Shown: piece after piece, positions 1 through 11,842 of the stretch
Numbering within the stretch: position 1 is the first letter of the stretch
Layout of the letters: each line of letters begins with the position of its first letter
NCBI GenBank assembly: GCA_964036045.1
Contig: OZ038378.1
Span: 170,624,001 to 170,688,000 of the forward strand
From: Eutreptiella sp. 'Long Island Sound 2002'
Taxonomy: Eukaryota; Protista; Euglenida
Length of the DNA stretch: 64,000 nt
Reading direction: 5' to 3'
Translations under genes and position numbers: made by a program
The notes under the pieces: model-generated
Seen by the model: the letters and a program-made list of their open reading frames with translations, nothing else
Database searches by the model: none
What the model was told of the DNA's origin: nothing

Positions 1-2395
1 GGTGGAGCCCGGAACTGGTCGCCTGGTCGTTGAGGGTTGTGTTGGCGGAGGGTCGCATGCCACATTTGGTCTCATCATCGTTGCGGACGGAGCGGCGATT
101 GCAGCGATGGATGCACTGCCCAGGTCAGCCACGCCCTCATCCCACTCCCCACCGGATTTGCCGGCCGCATGTTGCGGCACCAGCGCTGCCGCTGGCAGTC
201 CACCGCCAAAAAATTGGCTGCCTCCGACGCGGCACCGTCGACTTCCCGCATCTTTGGGGCAGAGAAATCGCATGTCCCGTGCGGACGGGCCACTCGCCGC
301 CGGCCATGCCCAAGGCCGCCGGACGGGAGGACGACCCCATGCCCCCGCCGCCGGGCGGGACTACCGCTGGGCTGACGGATGGGGTCCAGGACTCGGCCAC
401 AGCTCATCAGAGGGGCCCGAGGCTTCTGCGGCCCGTGCCCGTGCCTGCGAATGTGGCCCCCGGGGGAACTGTGCGGGTTTTGACGCGTGTCGGTGGCGAT
501 GCAGGTCGGCCTCCAGTTGCACTTGCGTTCCGTCGGGCGCCCCCGGGCGGGTAGGGCCTCCCCGCGGCACGCGCACGGGCGGTCACGCTGTCCTGTGAAC
601 TCGGGGCATGCCCTCAGGCCCAAGGCCAGAGTTTTGCTTAACAACTCAGCATCTCCCGGGGGGGGGGGAGGGGGACACCCCCCCCCACCGGGCCCGGATT
701 TCATAGCGGGAAAGAATGAAAATTTACAAAAGGAAATATTGATTTGGGCTATCTTTGGTGCACAAACTTTTCGACTTTTGGGTTCCAGACCCCCCCACCA
801 CCACCACCCCCCCCCCTCTTAAGCAAAACTCTGCCCCAGGCCTATGCTTCTTAATATGCCTTCCTTCCTTCCTTCCCTGTCTCACCCCCTTGTACCCCTT
901 GGGTGACCGGGGAGCACATCACTCACCGGTCCGTAGTCTCAGCGTGCAGCTGCAGTGTTCTTTTCGCAAGTTGTCTGTTTGTTCTTTCAATGAGCTGCAG
1001 CAAAGGGGGGCAGTTTTTGCCCTGAATTTTCTGTGAAAGAAAAGGGCATGCCGTGTGCGTGCTATGCCCATGCTGTGCAGCACCGCTCTCCATTCGATAT
1101 ATGCCCCGTCCCCTCACTACCCCTTTCGAACCAATCGTTGGTGGGTGGGCCGCCATCCAAGTCCCCCCCCCCCCCTGTGCTAGAGGCAAAGCTTCAGGTT
1201 GAGGCACAATTGCGCTCACATGAGTTCACCGACGCCGGTCAAGCAATGGTTGATGCTCCACCCATATGCATTGGTCTCACCGGGCCGTGCTATCAGCACG
1301 CATCAGGCGTATGTGTGGTGTGTCCTACCCCTCGTGTGGGGTGTATCCCAGCCCGCATGCATGACGAGTGTATCACATTGCCTGCGGAGCGGGACGCCAG
1401 TAGCCCCCCGCCCCCCCAGCCGAGTAATCAACCTTGTCTTTCCCTCTGGGTGGCGAGGAAACCGTCCTTTTGACTTGTTTGTGGGGGACATGGGGTTCTC
1501 CGTTGTTTGTGGCATTTGGAAACGTGCCCCCAGACCCCCTCCCAAAGCTGCCACCAACCCTCGTTCCAAACCCTCAGCCAAGGCGGCAGCTGCAGCCAGA
1601 AGGCCCATCCCAGCGCCCCCCTCGAGCACGTTCAGCTCTGGAAAGTCAAGTGATCCCCCCGGGACACGTGACACGCAGCGCCTCTTCCTCAGGACACACA
1701 CCTCACGCCATACGCCGTCGTGGTCGTTTGTGCATGGCACGCCCGTGCGGTGTACGTCCTGCGCTGTGCCATGCGTCCCTCGATTGTCTCTCCGTCGGGC
1801 GAGGGACCTGTCCCTTTGGTCACGGTCCCGCGCAGGCATGAGGGAACCGTCGCGCGCAACGCGGGGGGTGCTCTGTCCCCGTCCACCCCGCACCCAATCC
1901 TGAGACAGACCTGCAGCACTGCCCCTGCCTGTACACGGGGGGCGCCTACGTGTCAGGCCGAACCCCAACCCCCCCCCCACCCCACCCCACCCCCTTAGGC
2001 CCCCCAACCCCCACCAATACGCGGCAATAGCGAACAGGGTAAAAGAAGATCTTACCCCACTTGTGTATATTCAAAATGCTCAGAATGAAACGGAGGGTTC
2101 AAAAATGCCCTCAAAACCTGGAAATTTTTGACCCCCCCCCCCCCCCGCCCCTCTGGGACCCCCTTGCCCACGCCGCAGGAGTTGGGGTCCAGAGCTGTAC
2201 CGAACCATGCACATGTAACCGATTGACCCACAGTTGTTCTGCCATTTCACTCCTTCCTCTCTTTATTACAAGATGCATTTCCTTCTCCGGCACCTGTTGC
2301 ATGATGCACCGGCCTCTCCGCAGGCCGCCCTGTCTAGTGGGTGCACATTCAGCTGCATTATCGCGTCCCCCCGACCACACACACACACACGCACA

Positions 2396-2751
2396 CAGGA
2401 CATCCGCGCTCCCCGCACACACAGAATACACCACAGCCATTGAAGAGATGGCCAGCAATTCCCCCTTCCCCCCGTGCCTCAGGGTATGGAAGAGGACATG
2501 GAGATACAACCCCGCGCCTTGGTTTCACAGGGACATGGGAGGGCGGGCACTGAGCAAATATAACCCAGTCACCGCGCTGAGGTTCTGATTCAGCAGAAAA
2601 GGTGAACAACGAACACACAGAGTGCCGACTCTCATGCCTGCACGAATGTGCCTGCCGCTCCCCGGCTGTATATGGATCTCCCTTGTAAATAATACCGACC
2701 CAAGAACGTCCAGAACATTAAAAACCACAAGCCCTCGTAAATAATACCGAG
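2396..2751 (+). mobile_element. 3' end of a non-LTR retrotransposon (subfamily E), 5'-truncated, between (CA)n tracts
   Basis: One frame reads PLPPVPQGMEEDMEIQPRALVSQGHGRAGTEQI*, homologous to the C-termini of ORFs 2873-3868 (..RHGRANTLDT*) and 57810-57998 (..GHGRASSEVT*). The 3' UTR has GAGGTTCTGATTC, and 2701-2751 is homologous to the array unit at 58132-58182. Confidence 0.7.
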
Positions 2752-2771
2752 CACACACACACACACACACA

Positions 2772-3999
2772 TTGAGGAATTTGCGCAACGCACCCTCCCA
2801 CACGCTCCACAGGCAAAATTTAAGGGCACCACCCTTTCGCTGCAAGAGAGAGGCCGGGTCTTACGACTGGCAATGGCAAATGCGCAGCGCCTGGTCACCA
2901 AAGGCCATTTGCATCCGGCGCGTGTGGTCACACGCTGCAGCTCTTTAGTTCCTTTGGGGGGGCCGGCACTCTGCGGCCTGAACTGCCGCCCTTATTTCAC
3001 TTGCCGCAGTGCCATGAACATGCACGTTCAGCAGTTAGCGGCATACTGTGAGCGCACATGGGCCACCAAGGTTGGTCTCAACAGGATACACAAACTGCGC
3101 CCGCACACACACAGGCCACGCAGAACAGCGCAGGAAGTGGAGGAGCATCGGCTACAGCGTGCACTCCAGGGGAATCTGCAGTTGGGGCTGGCCCCGCCCT
3201 CGGAGCAGACCACTTTTGCCAAAGGGGGGGGGGGCTGCTCCTCCTTTGCAGCTGATTTCTTCCCTGTGATAGGGGATGGGAAGCTCCCACAGCGCCCCTA
3301 CACCGGGACACGCAGGCGCGCAAACACACACAGGGGGCCACCACCGGCGCCGCCGGCTGATCCGTCAAAGTGTGCCCAGCACTCTGCTGACGCATGCACG
3401 ACCTGCAAGAGATTTCGGCGCACAGCTGAAGCGTGCTGTGCGCTGGGACATCACGCTGATGACCACATAGCACGCAGACCGCAACTGCAACTGTGCCCAA
3501 TGCATGGCCTGCCACCGTGCCCGAGGTGCACACTCAAGCAAAGGGGAGTGCGCCACTGCTGTCAGCGGGGACACCATAAAGTGTGCACCCCAGTGCCTGC
3601 GCGCCGGAAACGCCCACTTGCTGCACATGCACAACTGCCCAACAAACGACCACGCCTGCAAGGGCCTGCACGTATCTCAACGGGTCTGCTGAGGTCCCCA
3701 CACCAACCCCCCACCCCTCCAGCCCCCAAGCGCAGGAGGCCGAAAACACCCCCCCCTCCGTCCCCACCTGCCCCAGTTCCACGGGGGCTGGAGGAGACCG
3801 TGGCCGAGGATGTCGCCCGCCCGCTTTTCGTGACGAGGCACGGGAGAGCAAACACTCTGGATACTTAGCCAATAAAATACAGAGGTTCTGATTCCGCAGA
3901 AGGGAGGGAAACAACGTCACAAAGAGGCCTCAGCAGACCTGAGCCAAATGGGGCGTCCAGCCCAACGCTGCACAAGGATCCACCTCTAAAAGTACAGAT
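2772..3999 (+). mobile_element. 5'-truncated LINE copy (subfamily D, copy 1): ORF2 C-terminal region plus 3' UTR
   Basis: Translation (EEFAQRTLP..LVPLGGPALCGLNCRPYF) aligns by eye with ORF 56613-57626 downstream of the RT. Near-identical to 47648-48807. Ends CTCTAAAAGTACAGAT followed by (CA)n. Confidence 0.85.
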
Positions 4000-4032
<33 letters not shown>

Positions 4033-4076
4033 ACACACACGCACACACACACACACACACACGCACACACACACAC

Positions 4077-4117
<41 letters not shown>
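4000..4117. repeat. (CA)n microsatellite
   Basis: Direct reading; a few substitutions. Confidence 0.95.
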
Positions 4118-4118
<1 letters not shown>

Positions 4119-4892
4119 CTAGTCATTGTACTCAAAGCTGTGAACGCGTGAACTTCCAGGCGTTGATGCCTACATACGCCTGAGCCGGTCGGCGGTACAG
4201 GCCTCGAAACAACAACAACAACAACAACAGCAACAGCAACAACAACAACGAGGTATCCTGTTGTTCTGTCTGTGTTCATGTGATGTCGCCACACGAAAAT
4301 GCCTCTGCCTCTATGCCCTTCACATCCATCGCTCCTACCTCAGTCACAGTACTCTCATGTCGCTTCAAGAAACATGCTCGTGTGCGCATGTGCCTATCGG
4401 CCAATACCGGATGTGGATTTCCCTGGGTATTGGTATCTGGCACACGCGGGCGCGCCCGTGCGCAGCTGCTTAGTGGCTTGATAGACATTGGACCCTGCAG
4501 TCTGTGCATGTTTTGCAGTTGTCTTGGGTGTCTCTCACACGCGCGCGCGCACTATCAAGAAAGGAGACCCAGAAATGCAAAGCATTCCTAGCACTGCCAC
4601 AGGACTACGGCAACAAAGGTACTCGCATTTCGCGCTTGGCAGACGCCTGCACAATATGTTGGGGGGCGCACCGTGCGCTGTGCGAAAAGTCGGTTGTTCT
4701 CCACCACCGGCAGTACGCGGGTTTTCAGATGAAATGTGTTTTGCTGCATTCGGTACCTACAGGAGGTCATGGTTTTAATGGATTCCAGCAACAAATGCGC
4801 ACGCAGTGCAAAGTCATCCCTTGGGAAGAAAGCAGGTGAGTGCCGAATGAATCCGGTTCGAACATCCCATCCGCGTCCCGAAGGCAGATACA

Positions 4893-5543
4893 GTGTGTCT
4901 GCCCCCATCAGATGCATTGCGACTGATGTACGACGCCATGACTACACCCACCACAGGCGAAACAAAACCCCAGCGCGTTTTGGCTTTTAAAAATGCACTC
5001 CCCCAGCGCCAGCAAAAGTTGAAAGACGCTCTGTCCAAAGCACTCAATTGGCTAGCCGAAGATCCCCCCCCCCTTCCACGCCCCCCCCCCCAAGGTCTCA
5101 ACACCTGGGGCAAACCACACAGCACCTACAGCACGTCACACACCCCACCGGCGCACAGCGATTACCACTATCCCCTGCCTCCAGAACACCTGCCAGACTC
5201 AGTCCAACCCCCCCCCTCAAAAAAACCACGCACCCACAAACACAAAAAGCCCATGCGTCCCAAACAACCACCCGCGAAACGCAGCCGGGACACTGAAGAC
5301 CCTCCACCACGCAAAACACGTAGTGACACCTACGCCCCTAAACCAGTGGCACCCCCCCAACCCCCCGGCGCTGACAGTTCCAACCGACGGATTACAGATT
5401 TCTTCCGAGCTCCAGCCCCCCCCCCGCCTCCGGTCGAGCCGCCCCCATCAGTGAGTTCAACGCCAGGGTCTTCTTCACCCCCCCCCATCGCTTGCCCTAC
5501 CCCCCCCCAGTATTCGGTTTATTCTCGGCCAAACACAGAGTGA
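4893..5543 (+). other. Pro/Lys-rich 216-aa ORF of unknown origin, possibly a retroelement C-terminal fragment
   Basis: Open frame with a low-complexity tail and a PIP-box-like RRITDFF motif. No recognisable domain or splice structure. Confidence 0.25.
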
Positions 5544-6572
5544 ACCCCGTCCGACATACCGAGGCCTACCCCTTCCAGTCAATCATCCAATTTACAGCCT
5601 TTTTCCCCATCCATTGCTGTCATGTGGTACCTCGGCATTCACTGGTGGTATGAACCTGAAGGTTTTGGATACTACCATTGCTGGTTCTGGATACCGGAAC
5701 CCCGCGAGCCGTCCCCGGAAATCCTGTGGTACCTGGACTAAAAGAACGCAGCACTCCAGTGCTCCGAGCCCGCTCACAAACGGCGTTTGCCCTTACGCTG
5801 CATGCCGACAGATTGATAAAGTACCCTGAGATCCTCGTTCCCGTCCCCTTGAACGCTGAAGTTGGCCTGTGAGTCCCTTAGCCTGTGCAATCAATTTTGA
5901 AAGCGGCGACCGCTCCATTAATACGGTAAGGCCACCACAGGCATCACTCGGTTCTCAGAGCCACATCCAGATCCCCTCCCCCCCCCCCCCCTGCCTGCTC
6001 ATTTCTCAGTACTTCCGATTTGTTCCAACACTTGAGTAAGCCTCGGCTGATTTCGTCCACGTCTCACGTCACACCACGTCTCACACCGCAACACCTCCAT
6101 CCCTCCCCTCGATCCTGATCTCATTCCGTCAAGCCGCCAGTTCTATATGCAACCAACCAGGCACCCACACGGGCGCGTGCCAAGGCAACCTAGTTCTCTG
6201 CAACCCTACCCATCCATGACAGGGTGATTTCCAAGGTTCCTCCATGGCTACAACCCTCACATAGTGCTAGGGAGAGCCAAGCACATTTGTCTATACGCAT
6301 CACTCTGATTGAGGGCTGTGTCCCTGTCCGGACATTAAAGTGGCTGTACAATTCAAAAAGATGCATTGCGACTGATTGAAGTTGCAGAAGTGGGGGGACA
6401 GCCAAAAGACACTGTATTTGACTCGAGCGCATCAGGGAATGGGGTTATGGCCCCCGCGTCCCGAGGAATCAAACAACCCCCGCCGCAGGCCGCCCCCCCC
6501 CCCCAGGCTCCAGTTCTACAAACCCTCAGCCCGAGTGCAGAACAGCCGGGACCACCCGGTGCATGACACCGG

Positions 6573-6881
6573 GAGCACACTCCACTCACCTCTACAGTTG
6601 CATCCAAATAATTTTTCCTTTGCATCACAATCTCTCATCATGTTGCCCCTCACACAGAAGTGTGGGTGCAACCCTCAGAGGGATGGCTATTTTGGGGGGG
6701 GATTTTATAGTTGCCTTTCTTGCATGATCTGACGTGTTCTGGGCACGTATGAATTCTCACCGGTTGCTCATCGCCCAAGTGCGTTCTGTCCTCTCTGGTG
6801 AGCACGTTCTCTCTGGTGGCCGAGCTTGAGCAGCCTCCTCTGTGGTATGCACATTCAAGGGCTCATTGTTGCTACTCAACA
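6573..6881 (+). repeat. Dispersed ~300-bp repeat, copy 1
   Basis: Near-identical to 9050-9351 (shared ..catcacaatctctcatcatgttgcccctcacacagaag..gctactcaaca). Confidence 0.9.
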
Positions 6882-8029
6882 CCCCCCCACCGCAACCCCT
6901 CCCGAGTGCAGAACCGCCGGGACCACCCGGCGCATGACACCGGGAGCACCCTCCACTCATAGCACCGCGGGCAGAATGCCTGGTGCCACTTGGTGATCCG
7001 GACCCCCTGGCCCTGCCCAGCATTTCCCACGTCAGCCAGTCCCCAAATTTCACGGTCGGTGAGGCCCAATGTGAATCCTGCCAGCGCTGAGCCCTCAGCA
7101 GTCAGCAGGAAAGCCACCACTGTGCCGTCACCCACACCCTGCCAAGGGCACTGGGGGGGGTGCTTTCTTCAGACCCGTCAGGGTATTCAGCCGGTTGCCA
7201 ATCCGACGGGGGGTTGCAAAAGTGGGGGGGAAACGCAAAACTTGTCGGAGCCTTGTGCAAGTGAAATGCCATCTTCCGGCGCCCAGGCTTGAGCAAATCC
7301 CCACCCCTGTGCCACTTTGTAGGGAGGGGGGAGGGGGGAGCGGGGCGTACAGGCCCCCCGAGCCCCCGGTGGTGCCATGCAGTTCTGCTGAAGCGTCTTC
7401 TTCGCCACGTGTTTGTGTTGTGCATTCCAGGCATTTGTGTCCCATGTTTCAGGCATACCAACAATTGTGTCTGGTAAAGCTACCATCCCCTGGGGGTCAT
7501 GGTGGACCGTGTTGTGCAGCGCGGGGGATTGAAGACATTTGGGGCGGGGGGGGAGAGGGGGGGCGGCTACCCGACTTGGGGCTATTTATTGCAGTTGGGA
7601 TCAGGTGACGCCCCTGATTTTATTTGTTGTGTTCTGGGTGCCCAACATCGCAGCAGACGTTCCCCTTGAAAGATAAACAGTGGCCGTTGGATCTGTCGTC
7701 GTCTGTGTGTTGTGGGATCTCACCCATGCCCCCCCCACCCCGCCCAAAAGGTTATTCCCCGCCATGTATGGCTCGAATTGGCCAGCACGATGTCGCAATC
7801 TGATATAAAACATTCCAACCCCGTTGACGCACTCGCCCTGTGGGGGGCCAATGTTGTCGAATCTCGGGTTCACTTGATCCCAGGGCTGTTTCTGAGCACT
7901 TTCGCGGCACTCACAGCCAGTCAGGTTGCACAGTCCGAAAGTCGAGCAAACACAAATTGACCAGCACGATGTCGCAATCATTTTAGGCCACACACGTTGG
8001 GGTCCCCCCCACCGCCACGGTGCCAACGC

Positions 8030-8210
8030 CCCTGCCCCCAGGCAGTGTGGAAGTGCGTAGGAGGAATTCCGCTGCCCACTGCCCCCAGGCAGTGAGGCAG
8101 TGCATTGCAGAAGTTCCACTGCCCACTGCCCCGAGGCAGTGAGGCAGTGCATTGCCGGAGTTCCACTGCCCACTGCCCCCAGGCAGCGAGGAAGTGCATT
8201 GCAGGACCCC
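8030..8210. repeat. GC-rich minisatellite, about four units of ~45 bp (core CACTGCCCACTGCCCCCAGGCAGTGAGGCAGTGCATTGC)
   Basis: Direct reading; the units contain internal CACTGCC/GGCAGTG inverted repeats. Confidence 0.85.
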
Positions 8211-9049
8211 CCCTCAAAGTGGCACAGGACTGGGGAGGGTCGGCGTGTAGGCCGTTCCGGCGCCTCCCCCGTGCATACCACACGAACAAACTCCACCTGC
8301 CCTTGGTGTATTTTTTTTGGTGGTCACCAAGATAGAGAGCCCGTGCAGCAGGATGCCTGGCAGCCTTGTGGACATCAAGCCGGGCATGGCCAAGCCACCT
8401 GAGGGCACACCTGAGCCCCTCTGCCATGAGCCCCCCTGCTCTGCGGGCGAATCGGGGCCCTCGTCACGCACAGTTGTAGTCTGGCGAATGGGTGGCTGTC
8501 AACGCCGAGCCCACGAGCTAAGGTCATGAATACGCGTTCCCTCCTTGCCAAAGCATTGAGACACGCAATGCGAAGCAATGGACGGGCACATCATAAAGCC
8601 TGAAACCAGCCTCTCTGGCCCTTGAGAACAAGCCTTACCCGTGCTGCCAGTGTTGGTTGGCGGTGGGTAGTGCGCTGCCTTGTGGCCGCAGAAAGGCTGG
8701 ATATTACAGGCAATCGTTGATTGGGCACGGCCGCTGAACATCGTGCCACATTGTTGCCTTGGCCCAGGCCTCTGTCGTGCAGGTGTTCAGGGTCGTTCTG
8801 TCATTTTGCTTTCGTGCCGGGGCGGGGGCATGTGGGCTTGTAATGCCGAATCTCTCATACAGCTTTACCTGCAAAGAGGCAAGAACGGCGTGTGTTTCGC
8901 CGAGGCCTCAGTGCAGGGATCATTCACCCCCGGTTGCCTATTGCATTCATCGATCCCAGGATGGTCGTGGCATACACCACGCCCCTTGCAGCCCCCCCGC
9001 TCCCCGTCAGCGTCAAACAGACGGCCTGAGACATAACGCACGCACCTGT

Positions 9050-9351
9050 GAGCACATCTCTCTCTATTTGCGTCCAAATAGTTTTTCCTTTGCATCACAA
9101 TCTCTCATCATGTTGCCCCTCACACAGAAGTGTGGGTGCAACCCTCAGAGGGATGGCTATTTTGGGGGGGGATTTTATAGTTGCCTTTCTTGCATGATCT
9201 GACGTGTTCTGGGCACGTATGAACTCTCACCGGTTGCCCATCGCCCAAGTGCGTTCTGTCCTCTCTGGTGAGCACGTTCTCTCTGGTGGCCGAGCTTGAG
9301 CAGCCTCCTCTGTGGTATGCATATTCAAGGGCTCATTGTTGCTACTCAACA
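9050..9351 (+). repeat. Dispersed ~300-bp repeat, copy 2
   Basis: Near-identical to 6573-6881. Confidence 0.9.
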
Positions 9352-11439
9352 TGAGTGAAGTGATGTGTTCCAGCGGCTGTTACATTACATGGGTCTTCGG
9401 ATCAACCAGTGAGTGGTGCTTTGGTCGTTGTTCCTCTCCTGCGGGCTGCTTTCGCCCGAATACCCCCCCCAAAAGGTAACGATTTCCTGGTGCATCCATC
9501 CATACATCCGTTTGTTTGTTTTCAATACCGCCCCGTCTCCCGATTTCGGAACAAAAACGCCTCCATCTTGTGGTACCGCAGTCACAAGTCCAAACACCAC
9601 TGCCTGCTGTTGTTTTCAGCTCTGGTCCCTACAAAATACAAGGTTTGCAGCTCATGTGCAGTGGGATGCCCAGGTGCCGTACGTGTGATGTGTATTTTCT
9701 TCGTTTGCAATGCAGCTTCTTGCCCCGCACTCCACTACGGCCAAGTCAGGGGTAGTCGCAGAACAGGGCATGTCTGCTGTTTGATTCTGCCGTCTTCTCT
9801 GGTGCTGTGATTGGGGATCTTTGCTCATCCATTCCTGAAGAATGGCATGTTGCATTTCAAGACATTTCTTGTTGTTGAAGAAAGCTCACATTTCTGCGAT
9901 GCCTAAGGGATGTTCCTCGCACATCTCATGAACGATATGACATTTGGGGGCGAGGGGGCAGTGGTGATTCGCGATGCACTGTGGCATGCTGCATGTCACA
10001 TGGCTGGAGGCTGCGTGGCATCTTGCTACACGCACTTCTCTGTGCACATGACCGTGAGGGATGAAGTTAGGTTAAGTGATTAAGTGGTCCCATGGCCCCG
10101 ACAGCCAGAGGACAGATGCGCGTGTGCCTTGGTCATGTGGTCCCGTGCTCGTTTCTCTCGATGCCTGCCAAAGGCTGGTCATTGATCCTTCACCTCCGAG
10201 CGGTCAACACAACAGCAAACAGGCCGCAGCAAAATCGGCGGGGAAAAAATGCAGCAGTCCTCAAGTTGCACGGAGCTGATAGACCCTGAACGTGTACCCC
10301 ATGCAGATGCTGAGAGGGGGCTCATTAAAACCACATCCGTAGGCCAAATCAACCGACTCTCGCCAAAGCGATACGGATTTCCGTGCATTTGGGTGTGTGA
10401 GGCAAAGCAGGACCTCTTGGACAACGATGCTCAGGCAAATCCAAACCCGACACTGAGATTTTCGTGTTCCTCGTAAGTACTGATAAAGTAACATTGGAAA
10501 AACAGGCCGCACACAAGAAGCCCGGCCCGTACAGCATCACCTACCCCCCCCCCCCCCCATTTGTAATTCCTACCCCCATCCCGGTGGGGCACAGGAACTG
10601 TCACTTGGACCTTTTTTTTTTTGCTATACAGAGCGGGTGGTTTTGGTGGGGTTTCTGTGCTTGTTGTGGCAATGCCATTTATTATGGTGCAAAGGCGTTC
10701 ATCATTCCCAAGGTACCGCATATTTCCATGTGTGATGCAGATCACTCTGTATTTGTTGCCATATCACCATGAATGTTGATCATGTTGACACGTACCTCGC
10801 TGGTACTTTTGTCAGTTTCAAACGTTTGGAGTTTGCCAAGTTGCTTGACACCGAGGTTTTTGGCGATTCTGATGGTCACTCTGATTCTGATTCTGATTCT
10901 GATTCTCATCCTGATGGTGATTCTGATCGTGTGGTAGGTTCTGGTGTGTTATCGGGTGGGGAAAGATGCGATGGGGATAGTGAGGCGTCAGGAGGTTCTG
11001 CGTTCAAGGTCAGGGGGCAGTCACACTGATTCGGATGTTGTGTTGTCACATTCATTGACAGTGGCCCTCCAAGTTGTGTGGAAGAAGGTGGTGACAGTGA
11101 GTCAGACACCGAGGTCATGTGGGCAAAGATTGCCCGTGTGGTATGGTGCACCTTACTCGCGACATTCCTGAGGCAGACATTTTGCCACAAGGGCTCCATC
11201 TCCCTGCCAAACCTGTTGCTAAGCCCCCTCCCAAAGGTGCGGCCAGGCCTCGCGCCAAACCATCAGGCAAGGTGGCAGCCAGGCCTACAGCCAAACCTGC
11301 AGCGAGCCCATTCTACTGCCCTCTTGTTGAGCAGGTTCAGCTCTCCAAGATCAAATCAGAAAAAGTGGCACACGGAGCCCATTCCGCGATAGACTGAAGC
11401 GCACACCGTAATAAAGTTTCATGGTCGTTTTGTGCGTGC

Positions 11440-11842
11440 GATGAGGACATGGGTCAGTACAAAGTCCAGTACTCTGTCCCACCCTCCGTGGGGGAGTGCC
11501 CCCCTAACCCCTTTACCTTTCCCTCTCTTCGCGGAGCACAGCGTCTCTGCACGGAATCGCCTGGCATGGCCCGACAGGGCCAGGGGTGGGTTCGTGATCC
11601 CCATGCACGACACTCCACCATGCTGTACAGCATGCAGGAGAGTACTCTGTCTCCCAACAGTGCGGCAGGGCTCATGAAGCATGGACGGGCCTCACGTGAG
11701 GCAACCTAAAGGACGGAGGGAGGAGCCTCTTGTCATACAGGGCGGCAGCTCTCCAAAAACCCGCGCGACTTGCCCCTTGGGTGAGTTTGGGGGCTGGAAT
11801 GGGTGGAAGCCCCATGGACTATTGCTCCTTAATATGATTTCC
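11440..11842. mobile_element. ~400-bp insertion flanked by a 22-bp direct repeat (probable target-site duplication)
   Basis: TTCATGGTCGTTTTGTGC(G/A)TGC at 11418-11439 and 11843-11864, with one mismatch. Confidence 0.55.

Noticed and set aside
2-704. Overlapping long ORFs at the window start, and similar GC-rich or antisense ORFs elsewhere
   Set aside because: Low-complexity Pro/Arg/Gly frames expected from high GC, or shadows of real genes and microsatellites (CV/HT/RA repeats).
10740-11140. Tc1/IS630-like LPYHHE..VMWAK fragments around a (GATTCT)n Asp-Ser repeat
   Set aside because: The motifs are in separate frames, far apart and interrupted by stops.
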